DNA of 64,000 nucleotides from an uncultured Chromatiales bacterium. Lineage in GTDB: Bacteria; Bacteroidota; Ignavibacteria; SZUA-365. Positions 10,851 to 19,598 of the stretch are shown here, in pieces (position 1 is the first letter of the stretch; each line of letters starts with the position of its first letter). The position numbers and the translations under genes were made by a program. The stretch is from assembly GCA_964448285.1 (NCBI GenBank), contig CAYUWG010000013.1, positions 10,970-74,969 of the forward strand, in the 5' to 3' direction. The notes beneath the pieces were generated by a model. It saw only the letters and a list, made by a program, of their open reading frames with translations, had not been told where the DNA came from and ran no database searches.

Positions 10851-12997
10851 CGCGGCAATTCAATTTCGGTTCTCTTGTAGATCAGGGTTGCTGGATTTCC
10901 TATGATCGTGTCAATGCGTTTTTATCGCTGGATGGCGTGAAGGAAATCGGTTATCATGGACGGCAACCGGTCAGTAAAAACTCACGGGTCCTGGTATCGC
11001 AACACGCTGTTTTGAGTTTTGAATATCGTCCCAAGGGAGAAACGGGAAAAGCGCTGCGCTTCGACCAAGTGGAGTGGTCGCCATCGAACGTCATTACTGA
11101 GTCGATCGATGGACCTTCGATTCGAATGACCACAAAACACAGAAGCTTGGGAATTCAGGTTCGAAACACCGCGCACAAAGACATCGAATTCGTCATTCAT
11201 TTTCACCGTGCCTCATGTCACGCGGAAATACACGGGGAAAGGTTCTGGTCACAACCGGTTGTCCATGGATCGGAGATCACAATGCATTTTCGTGACAGGA
11301 TCATCTTGCACGATTGGTTGAAAAGAACCGGGCCGTATGCTGGTGATTTTCTTATTCCCGAACCTTGGCGCAGAGTGTTGTTCGTAAGACCCATCGTATC
11401 TGGAAATGCAACGATCGACGATGTGAAGTCGGAGTATAGGGAATCGCTCGTGCCGCTTTACGATGTGACAACGTACATGAAACTTGGTGGCAGTCATTAT
11501 CGACCCAAGGTGTTGGACGACGTGATCAGTTTCTCCTCGTCGATAGAGCCATCCGATACTGTGGAGTTTCATGTTGCCTTTTCCGATACCGAGGCGAACA
11601 GTCATATCGGTATTGTAACGGAACATGAACGAATGCAATCCGATCGTGATGCACCGCAGTTGACCCTGGAAGGATTTTCGCACATAGAACGATTCTTCTC
11701 AAACGTTCCAGACTTGATTGATTCATGCCGTGTTACGGATCTTGGAATGACTCGTGCGAGCGCAGGTGCGTACTACTGGATTTGGGCATGGGACAACATC
11801 ATCACCGCGATGGAGTATCCCCGATGGAGCGCTCTCGGTCCGATGGAACAGACGGTCGAATTTTTAAACGCTCATCGTGATGTGAACGGTCTTATTCCTA
11901 TGCGATGGACTCGCGATCTGCTGCCACTCGATACCCCGGCGCGCGGTGGTTTGGAATCACTCTTCGGAATCCTCGTCCATAATCTTCTCCTCAATGGCGG
12001 TTCACGACAATATATTCTGTCTGCTTATCCGTTTCTTGTTACGCACCTCGATGAGACCACGAACATGACGGATGAATACGGGCGGTTCAGGTCGTTAGGC
12101 TTCTATCCGGATTTACCCCTGCGGCTTGGCAGAACCGAAAATTCCGCCGTTGCGATGGAATGTGCGTTGCAGTATGCATTCTGTCGTGCTTTGTCGAAGG
12201 TCGCGATGGAAATAGGTGATGATGCAGTGTCAGAACGTTCACGAATTGCCGCCGCGCGGATACATCGTTTTTTCCTCGAAAATTTCTGGTCGCAACAGTA
12301 TGGCTTCGTGTGTGATTCAATCGATGTCGTGACGAATCAGCAATTGGAAAGCTTTCCTCTCTACTCATTTGCATTTCTGCTCTTGCCGGAGGCGATCGAT
12401 TTGCTTCAGGATCGGGTGGCGGACATTGCAAACGTCATCGAACGGAACCACCTCACGCCGAATGGTATCAGGACGGTTCCATCCTGGGATAGAAACGCTC
12501 ATACCGAATCAGTCATGTCTGCATGGTATCCGTGCTGGGATTTTGCAGCGGTGAAATTCCTTCGTCAAGCCGGTCGCTCGGAAGCAATCATGCATTGGAT
12601 GAACAGCGTGGAGGAGACTCTTCAGCATTTCGGTTACTGTCCGGAGTTTCTCTCGATGGATAATTTCGATGCTTCTGATATCGGCTCATGGAAACGTCAC
12701 GGTGCGGCGTCCAATCTCAATTGCGTCACCGGATGGTTTCGAGCTTTGATAGAAGGATTGACCGGCGTTGAGTTTCACGCGAATGGACTAACCGTAATGC
12801 CGTGCAAACTTCCCATAAACGAATTGGAACTCAACGGTATTCATCATCTTCAGACGGTGTGGCGTATCACCGTTATAAATGGTGAAGGTGAAACGTGTCG
12901 GCTTGAAATAGACGGCGAACAGTTGCAATCTCTCGATGTGAGCAGACGGTATTTCGACGGTAATGCTCGCCATCTAACAATCCGCTACGGGTCGTGA
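10799..12997 (+). CDS. six-hairpin (alpha/alpha-toroid) glycoside hydrolase-like protein, tentative
   Basis: 732 aa. The region GAYYWIWAWDNIITAME...GLESLFGILVHNLLLNGG resembles the catalytic (alpha/alpha)6 domains of GH63/GH78/GDE-type enzymes. True start may be internal, since the first 52 nt overlap the previous ORF. Confidence 0.4.
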   Translation: MRQETRKVQQCRLDGVLTRQFNFGSLVDQGCWISYDRVNAFLSLDGVKEIGYHGRQPVSKNSRVLVSQHAVLSFEYRPKGETGKALRFDQVEWSPSNVITESIDGPSIRMTTKHRSLGIQVRNTAHKDIEFVIHFHRASCHAEIHGERFWSQPVVHGSEITMHFRDRIILHDWLKRTGPYAGDFLIPEPWRRVLFVRPIVSGNATIDDVKSEYRESLVPLYDVTTYMKLGGSHYRPKVLDDVISFSSSIEPSDTVEFHVAFSDTEANSHIGIVTEHERMQSDRDAPQLTLEGFSHIERFFSNVPDLIDSCRVTDLGMTRASAGAYYWIWAWDNIITAMEYPRWSALGPMEQTVEFLNAHRDVNGLIPMRWTRDLLPLDTPARGGLESLFGILVHNLLLNGGSRQYILSAYPFLVTHLDETTNMTDEYGRFRSLGFYPDLPLRLGRTENSAVAMECALQYAFCRALSKVAMEIGDDAVSERSRIAAARIHRFFLENFWSQQYGFVCDSIDVVTNQQLESFPLYSFAFLLLPEAIDLLQDRVADIANVIERNHLTPNGIRTVPSWDRNAHTESVMSAWYPCWDFAAVKFLRQAGRSEAIMHWMNSVEETLQHFGYCPEFLSMDNFDASDIGSWKRHGAASNLNCVTGWFRALIEGLTGVEFHANGLTVMPCKLPINELELNGIHHLQTVWRITVINGEGETCRLEIDGEQLQSLDVSRRYFDGNARHLTIRYGS

Positions 12998-14784
12998 TGT
13001 TCGAGCCATTGCTCGAAAATCTCGATGCATGGATAGAGACGGAGACAGATTTGCTTCGCTTCCGCTCAGAAGATTTTAAAGACAATTCAAATGCACAAAA
13101 ACGTGGTGTCGATTTTCGTCGGTCGATAGCGATGCTTACTGATCAGGAAGCGATGATCGGCTGTGAGCTAACCAATGCCTCGAATGATGATATCAGAGTG
13201 AGACGCATAGCAGCGTTCGATTACGCACCGGACTGGGTTACTGATGGATTGCTTACTGTATCGAGTCAGACATGCGTCATCACATTTCCCGCAGAGCGTG
13301 CTTATGGTTACGACGGATCACATTCCGTGACCGATAATCAACCGCTGGTTTCATTCTGGTGGCTTGCGATCCACGACCCGCGAACAGAGAGAAATGTATG
13401 CATGGGAGTGATCTCACCGCCTTCGTCACTCGTCCGGTTTCACATTACTCCGCTGCTGTCTTCGACGGAATCGAAGCGCGTCTTGCGTGTGCGTTGTGAG
13501 ATGGATTGTTTGAGTGGAAGGCGCGGTGTCAGGCTTTCACGAAAGGAAGCTTTCACACCGGGCGAGATCTATCTTTCAACATGGGAAGGGAGATACAATT
13601 CCGGAATGAGAAGAATGGCGGAACGTATGCGAGAGCGCATTCAGCGAAAGCCGAATTCGACGCCGAAGGTTGCGTGGTGTTCATGGTATGCGGGTTACGA
13701 GTCGAATATTACGGAGAGCGAAATAGATGTAAACATGACGAACGCCCACGCCATCGAAGGACTTGATACCATCCAAATCGATGACGGATGGACTTCCGGA
13801 AATGGGTCGCGAAAGCTTGGCGAAATAGAAATCGATCAAGCGAAATTTCCGTCCGGTATGAGCGCTCTTGCTGCACGCATCCATGCAAAGGGATTCCATC
13901 CGGGAATTTGGTTGCGCCCATTTCAGCGATGGGAGTCGAACGATGCACCGACGTGGGCGAAAGACACCTTCGACCTCTCGCATCCCGACGCGTTGGCGTG
14001 GTTAAAAGCGCTTTCATCGGCGATTGCGGGATGGGGATATGATTACCTGAAGATCGATTTTCTGACGTACGATTATTTCGAAAGCTGGGGGATGGAATTG
14101 CTTGACATGCGCGGAATTTCATTTCATCCATACGACGATACAATCACCAATGTACAGATGTACGGAAACGGTTTGCGAGCATTGAGAGAGGGATTTGGTG
14201 ATGAACGTTTTCTGCTCGGGTGTAATTGTCTTCTCGCCCCTGCCCTTGGAATCGTGGATGGGATGCGGATCGGTGATGACGTGAGTGCAGGCAACTGGGA
14301 AAGAACGTTCCTGATGGGTGTACGCTCGGTTGCCCCGTTGCAATTTCTTAATCGACACGTTTGGTGGAACGATGCGGATTGCATGTTTACGCATGAACCT
14401 TTGACCATTCGGCGAGCAACGTTGTGGAATAACTTTGTCGCCTTTGCGGGAGGATTGCGCGTTCTCAGCAGCAAGCTCCACGACTTGGATGAAAAGCGAC
14501 GAGTACTGATCAATGATGCGTTGCGCATGACTTACGGTGCAACGTTACCGTTGGATTTTCCCGAACATGATGTCCCGTCGTTGTGGTTGAAAAAAAACGA
14601 GTCGGGGGCCACTCTCGGAGTTTTCAATTGGTCGGAGGAAACGCAGCAAATCGCGGTCGCTGAGTCCAAGCTCGATGGATGGATTTTCTCGGATGAAGAG
14701 AAGAACATGGTGGGTGATGGTGTTCACAGGTTCGAGCTTGAATCGGAATCATTTTGCATCGTGCCTTTAGTCGAACGATCATGA
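12994..14784 (+). CDS. alpha-galactosidase (clan GH-D, GH36/GH27-like)
   Basis: CSWYAGYESNITE...LDTIQIDDGW...KFPSGMSALAARIHAKGFHPGIWLRPF...YDYLKIDFL carries the melibiase/alpha-galactosidase catalytic-domain hallmarks (DDGW, K-x-D nucleophile region). Confidence 0.75.
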   Translation: MMFEPLLENLDAWIETETDLLRFRSEDFKDNSNAQKRGVDFRRSIAMLTDQEAMIGCELTNASNDDIRVRRIAAFDYAPDWVTDGLLTVSSQTCVITFPAERAYGYDGSHSVTDNQPLVSFWWLAIHDPRTERNVCMGVISPPSSLVRFHITPLLSSTESKRVLRVRCEMDCLSGRRGVRLSRKEAFTPGEIYLSTWEGRYNSGMRRMAERMRERIQRKPNSTPKVAWCSWYAGYESNITESEIDVNMTNAHAIEGLDTIQIDDGWTSGNGSRKLGEIEIDQAKFPSGMSALAARIHAKGFHPGIWLRPFQRWESNDAPTWAKDTFDLSHPDALAWLKALSSAIAGWGYDYLKIDFLTYDYFESWGMELLDMRGISFHPYDDTITNVQMYGNGLRALREGFGDERFLLGCNCLLAPALGIVDGMRIGDDVSAGNWERTFLMGVRSVAPLQFLNRHVWWNDADCMFTHEPLTIRRATLWNNFVAFAGGLRVLSSKLHDLDEKRRVLINDALRMTYGATLPLDFPEHDVPSLWLKKNESGATLGVFNWSEETQQIAVAESKLDGWIFSDEEKNMVGDGVHRFELESESFCIVPLVERS

Positions 14785-15815
14785 CATATCCGGATCGCAT
14801 CGAAACAACTGAACAACTCGAAGATGTGATGACCATGCCCTGCGAAGAGCTTATCGCATCTATTGCGCGACTCGATGGAGATATCATGATTCTCGGTGCA
14901 GGTGGGAAGATGGGCCCTACTCTCGCACGACTCGCGCTTCGCGCAATGGATAAAGCGGAAATCGGAAAACGCGTTATCGCGGTCTCACGCTTTACGGAAG
15001 CGAGAGCCTTGCACAAGCTGAAAAAAATAGGAGTGGAAACGATCGCGTGCGATCTTCTCGAGCGATCCGCGTTAGATGCACTCCCGGATGTCGAGAACAT
15101 CATCTTTATGGCTGGAAGGAAGTTCGGTTCGACGGGAAACGAAGCATTGACCTGGGCGATGAACGCGTATTTGCCGGGCATGGTGATGCAGCGATTTGCC
15201 AGGTCGCACATCGTCGCACTTTCAACAGGAAATGTTTACCCATTCACACACGTCGCCTCAGGTGGCTCGCTTGAAACGGACTCACTTGCTCCGGTCGGTG
15301 AGTACGCACAGTCCTGCCTCGGTCGTGAAAGAATCATTCAGTATTGGTCGGAGAACAACGGGACGCCAGTGTGCATAATCCGTCTGAATTACGCGATCGA
15401 CCTGCGTTACGGAGTACTGCTCGATATCGCACAACGAGTGTGGACAAGAAGACCGGTCGATCTCCGAATGGGTTATGTGAACGTGATCTGGCAGGGCGAT
15501 GCGAACACCGCGATTCTCATGGCATTCGAGCGATGCTCACAGCCGCCTGAGGTTTTAAATATGACCGGTCCGGAGGTGATTTCCGTTCGATCGGTGGTAG
15601 AGCGTTTTGGAGCGTTGCTCGGTACCGATGCTCGGTTCGATGGCGTTGAACAATCCACCGCACTGCTTTCGAATGCATCACGATTTCATCAGGAAATGCA
15701 GTTCAAAAAACTCCCGCTTGAAACAATGCTCCAATGGACTGCGAATTGGCTCATCGCGAACGGGGAGACGTTAGATAAACCGACTCATTTCGAAGAAAGG
15801 ACAGGTGTATTTTAA
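14781..15815 (+). CDS. NAD-dependent epimerase/dehydratase family protein
   Basis: Rossmann motif ILGAGGKMGPTLARLAL near the N-terminus. Start taken at ATG 14781 (ATGA overlap with the alpha-galactosidase stop) rather than the track start 14754. Confidence 0.8.
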   Translation: MTYPDRIETTEQLEDVMTMPCEELIASIARLDGDIMILGAGGKMGPTLARLALRAMDKAEIGKRVIAVSRFTEARALHKLKKIGVETIACDLLERSALDALPDVENIIFMAGRKFGSTGNEALTWAMNAYLPGMVMQRFARSHIVALSTGNVYPFTHVASGGSLETDSLAPVGEYAQSCLGRERIIQYWSENNGTPVCIIRLNYAIDLRYGVLLDIAQRVWTRRPVDLRMGYVNVIWQGDANTAILMAFERCSQPPEVLNMTGPEVISVRSVVERFGALLGTDARFDGVEQSTALLSNASRFHQEMQFKKLPLETMLQWTANWLIANGETLDKPTHFEERTGVF

Positions 15816-15956
15816 TCAATGAATCGACGGCATTCGTCGTACATCTCATGTACTGGGAATGAAAAAGTGACCTCACGTTGTTCTTTCCTCAACTTAAACC
15901 TCGGTATCTTTGCGTCGTCCTACTCACGATCACTGTACAGTCACGAAAAACTCCTC

Positions 15957-18776
15957 ATGAAATTTCTCCTCCCCATACTCTTTCTCATTTCATTCACGTT
16001 CAATCTTCAAGCACAGGGCTTTTCCGTTAGCGGAAGTGTTTACGACGGCGTAACCGGCCAAGCGCTGAGTAGGGCGAACGTATTCATTTTCAAACTCCCT
16101 GACTCAACGCGGCGCGGAATGACTTCCGATGCGAAGGGCGGATTCACATTTCAGGACGTCGAGAAAGGACGGTACGTTCTCCGCATAAGCTTCATCGGTT
16201 ATGAAACCGTCACGCGAAACTTCCAGGTTCTTGATAAAGGGGTGAATCTCGGCCGTATCAATATGAAAGAAGACAGCATCGCCGTGAGTGAAGTGGAAGT
16301 AACCGCCCGACAACCGATTGCCGTCGTGAAAGATGACACGACGGAATTTCAAGCAGGCGCATTCAAGACCAATCCGGATGCTTCCGCAGAAGATCTCGTG
16401 AAGAAGGTTCCGGGTGTTACCGTTCAAGGCGGCCAGATTCAGGCACAAGGTGAAACGGTTCGACAGGTGCTCGTCGATGGAAAGCCTATGTTTGGCATGG
16501 ACCCAACTGCCGTTCTCAAAACTCTACCGGCAGAACTCATCGATCGCGTGCAGGTTTTCGATCAGCAAACGGAACAGGCGCAGTTCACGGGCGTGCGTGA
16601 CGGGAATGAGAGCAAAGCGATCAACCTGATCACCAAGAATGCATTCCAGAATTCCCGTTTCGGAAAGATCTATGGCGCTTACGGAAGCGACGATTTGTAT
16701 CGCGTCGGTGGAAACGTCAATTGGTTCAGCGGGAAGACGAGGCTGTCATTCCTCGGAATGTCCAATAACATCAATGAGCAGAATTTTTCGATCGAAGATA
16801 TCCTTGGCGCAACCGGTCAAGGAGGAGGCTTCGGCGGAATGTTCCGGACGGTGGTGGGCATTTTCGGTGGAGGCCGGGGAGGCGGTGCCACACGCTTCGT
16901 TGGCGGCAGCGGCGGTCGCGGTTTTGGTGGGATCAGTGATTTTACGGTGGGTCAGCAAAACGGCATCGCACAAACGCACGCCATCGGTTTGAATTATTCC
17001 GATCAATGGGGGCAGGACGTCGAACTCTCGACCAGCTATTTCTTCAACCTCAATGACAACAACGCGAGCAGCGAAACCTTTCGACAATACCTCGCCGATT
17101 CGGGACTCGTGTATGACGAGAAAAATCTCAGCGACAGCCGCAACATCAATCACCGGTTCAATATGCGCTTCGACTGGAAGTTAGACACGACGAATTCGAT
17201 TCTTGTCAGGCCGCGACTGACGCTGCAGCAAAACGAGAGTTCAAGCGATCTCAACGGAAACACGACACAGAATATTCTTCCCGTCAGTGGCACAGCGAGC
17301 ACAACGTCGAACGACTATCTCGGGATCAACTTCAGCAACGAACTCCTGTATCGGCATCGCTTCGAAGCGAAGGGACGGACATTCTCTATCAATCTTTCGC
17401 AGGGTTACAACAAAAACAGCGGTGACAGTTACCTTCTGTCGCAGAACAATTTCTTCGGCAGGACGGTGATCAGGGATACGCTGAACCAATTCTCTTCGCC
17501 GCTCACCGATGGCTGGTCACTCGGAACGGAAGTCGCTTATACGGAGCCGATCATCGAGAACAGTACGTTGGAGTTTCGTTATGAGGCATCCCTGAAACGC
17601 GATGACTCCGACCGCAGAACCTATGATTTCAACCAACTGACTTCCCTCTATGACCTGCTTGACCCGACGCTCTCAAGTACGTTCAACAGCGACTACATGA
17701 CGCATTCCGGCGGCGCTCGCTTCCAATACGACAAAGATGAGTTCAATATGAACATTGGAGCGACGTTTCAGGTCGCGAAGCTGACCGGCGATAACGTATA
17801 TCCGTTTATCAGCACGGTCGATAAGACATTCCAAAACATCCTTCCAAGCGCGCATGTCCGGTACCGGTTCACGCGTGAATCCCATCTGAGAATGTTCTAC
17901 CGCGCGCGAACGAATGCTCCAAGCATCACGCAGCTTCAGGACGTGGTGAACAACTCCAATCCTCTCCAGCTTTCGATTGGAAATCCCGATCTGAAACAAG
18001 CGTACTCGCACAACATGAACTTCATGTTCGTCGATGCGGATATTCCGAATGCGAAGTACTTCTTCGGGATGGTCGGCGGTTCGATCACCGATGACAACAT
18101 CGGCAACCATACGATCATTGCTTACAGCGACACGCTGGCGGACGGCGTCTCACTTCTGCGCGGTACGCAACTGACAAAACCGGTGAATCTCGATGGCGCG
18201 TATTCCCTTCGTTCGATGGTAACCTACGGTTTCTCATGGCCGCTCATCTCATCGAACCTCAATCTCAACGCGATGGCGAATGTCAGCCGCTCACCGGGTC
18301 TCATCAACAACGAGTTGAACTACACGCTTTCACCTACGTTTACGCTCGGTGCTGTGGTCAGCAGCAACATCAGTCCGGAAGTCGATTTCACCATCTCGTC
18401 CCAATCCATCTACAGCATCGTGGATAATTCCTTGAGAAAGGAACTCAACACAGAGTACTTCATGCAGAACACGAGTCTGAAATTGAACCTGATTTTCCTC
18501 GGCGATTTCGTATTCTCGACGGATCTCAATCACCAGCTCATCAACGGACTTTCCTCCGATTACAACGAGCGAACCATGCTCTGGAATATGAGCATCGGAC
18601 GGAAGTTCTTCGACAATACCATCGATGCACGGTTGGTCGTGTTCGATTTGCTGAAGGAGAACAACAACATCTCCCGTAACGTGACGGACGTGTATTTCGA
18701 GGACGTTCGTTCGAATGTCTTACAGCAGTACTTCCTCTTCCAGGTAACCTACAACCTGAAGATGTTTGGCGGCTGA
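15957..18776 (+). CDS. TonB-dependent receptor / outer-membrane beta-barrel protein with N-terminal CarboxypepD_reg-like domain
   Basis: Signal peptide MKFLLPILFLISFTFNLQAQ, then the SGSVYDGVTGQALSRANVFIF...GRYVLRISFIGYETV carboxypeptidase-regulatory-like fold, then a long beta-strand-rich barrel. Track start 15819 rejected (non-signal-peptide extension). Confidence 0.8.
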   Translation: MKFLLPILFLISFTFNLQAQGFSVSGSVYDGVTGQALSRANVFIFKLPDSTRRGMTSDAKGGFTFQDVEKGRYVLRISFIGYETVTRNFQVLDKGVNLGRINMKEDSIAVSEVEVTARQPIAVVKDDTTEFQAGAFKTNPDASAEDLVKKVPGVTVQGGQIQAQGETVRQVLVDGKPMFGMDPTAVLKTLPAELIDRVQVFDQQTEQAQFTGVRDGNESKAINLITKNAFQNSRFGKIYGAYGSDDLYRVGGNVNWFSGKTRLSFLGMSNNINEQNFSIEDILGATGQGGGFGGMFRTVVGIFGGGRGGGATRFVGGSGGRGFGGISDFTVGQQNGIAQTHAIGLNYSDQWGQDVELSTSYFFNLNDNNASSETFRQYLADSGLVYDEKNLSDSRNINHRFNMRFDWKLDTTNSILVRPRLTLQQNESSSDLNGNTTQNILPVSGTASTTSNDYLGINFSNELLYRHRFEAKGRTFSINLSQGYNKNSGDSYLLSQNNFFGRTVIRDTLNQFSSPLTDGWSLGTEVAYTEPIIENSTLEFRYEASLKRDDSDRRTYDFNQLTSLYDLLDPTLSSTFNSDYMTHSGGARFQYDKDEFNMNIGATFQVAKLTGDNVYPFISTVDKTFQNILPSAHVRYRFTRESHLRMFYRARTNAPSITQLQDVVNNSNPLQLSIGNPDLKQAYSHNMNFMFVDADIPNAKYFFGMVGGSITDDNIGNHTIIAYSDTLADGVSLLRGTQLTKPVNLDGAYSLRSMVTYGFSWPLISSNLNLNAMANVSRSPGLINNELNYTLSPTFTLGAVVSSNISPEVDFTISSQSIYSIVDNSLRKELNTEYFMQNTSLKLNLIFLGDFVFSTDLNHQLINGLSSDYNERTMLWNMSIGRKFFDNTIDARLVVFDLLKENNNISRNVTDVYFEDVRSNVLQQYFLFQVTYNLKMFGG

Positions 18777-18799
18777 CATTTAGCAATCTCTGAAAGAAA

Positions 18800-18826
18800 A
18801 AAGGGCGCGATGAGCGCCCTTTTCGT
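18800..18826 (+). terminator. rho-independent terminator after the TonB receptor gene
   Basis: aaaaaaGGGCGCgatgaGCGCCCttttcgtttt: a GC stem followed by a T-run, 25 nt after the stop. Confidence 0.6.
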
Positions 18827-18844
18827 TTTGTGTGCTGGGAGTTG

Positions 18845-18895
18845 ATTCAATGGAGCACCTTGCGCGAGAGAGCGTCGTTGTTTTGGTTGCTATGC
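18845..18895 (-). repeat. terminal partial attC-like site (R''/L'' half only), end of cassette array
   Basis: gagagagcgtcgttgttttggttGCTATGCgatg closely matches the stop-proximal half of the other inter-cassette elements (gagcgccgtgttgccgtttGCTATGCgctcg). It sits 13 nt 3' of the restriction-endonuclease stop. No matching core-proximal half is present. Confidence 0.4.
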
Positions 18896-18908
18896 GATGT
18901 GGTGGCGT

Positions 18909-19598
18909 TCAGCCTCGTTCAAGTCGCTGAATCTCGCTGTTGATCTGAATGAGCACTTCGGGATTGCCGATCTCCCCGTCTAGACTGAAAACAATGAAAA
19001 CCTTTCCGCCATACGTTTGAGTAAATTCTTCAAAGCTGGCTTTCATGCGCTCGGAGAGCGAATACCCACCGAAATTTGCTTTTGCGGTAACAGGTTTGAT
19101 TTGAATCCCGAAAGCCTTGTCTCCTACCCATCCTAAGTAGTCTATGTCCCCCGCATGATCCAGTTGAGGCGATGACTCTTCAAACGTGATGGATGGAAAC
19201 TTCTTGCTCAGACCATCAGTGACGACGGACTTCTCAGTGACATAACCGTCGTAGGTACGGTTAATTGTGAGATTGTAAATGAAATCGATGCAGTCGTCGA
19301 GAGTTAGTGTTCGGAATGCCTCTTGCCATTCCGGAATAAGGAACTCGGTAATCTTGGTATACAGCCGTTCACCAAGCTCTTGCAAACTTTCCTTTGTAAC
19401 CTTGTGCGGAACCTTCGTTTTTGTATGAGCGTGCTCAAAGTACCACTGTTCCCATTCCTTGAATGTCTTGGGTTGACACTCCCTAATGAGAGCCATTACC
19501 TCGCCGACCTTGTGTGTCTTTGTAAGACCCCATTTCCCATTCGCATAGTTCAAGACCATTTCTTTGGTCCCAAAATCCTTGGAGTATTTTTTAGGCAT
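18909..19598 (-). CDS. putative type II restriction endonuclease (PD-(D/E)xK-like), partner of adjacent methyltransferase
   Basis: 229-aa ORF starting at ATG 19598 (track start 19673). ATG overlaps the MTase stop by 8 nt (ctgcATGCCTAA), i.e. translational coupling. Candidate D...(Q/E)xK element GDIDYLGWVGDKAFGIQIKP. Confidence 0.45.
   Translation of the reverse strand: MPKKYSKDFGTKEMVLNYANGKWGLTKTHKVGEVMALIRECQPKTFKEWEQWYFEHAHTKTKVPHKVTKESLQELGERLYTKITEFLIPEWQEAFRTLTLDDCIDFIYNLTINRTYDGYVTEKSVVTDGLSKKFPSITFEESSPQLDHAGDIDYLGWVGDKAFGIQIKPVTAKANFGGYSLSERMKASFEEFTQTYGGKVFIVFSLDGEIGNPEVLIQINSEIQRLERG

Noticed and set aside
15819-15956. Track N-terminal extension of the TonB-dependent receptor (and similar extensions of the pseudouridine synthase gene to 36584, the GT4 gene to 49928, pyrF from 54341, rsmA to 62507, the DUF971 gene to 54442 and the peptidase to 24095)
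   Set aside because: The extensions lack signal-peptide or domain sense. They overlap neighbouring genes or repeats, or start at non-ATG codons. The internal ATGs begin recognisable N-termini and are preceded by RBS-like sequence.
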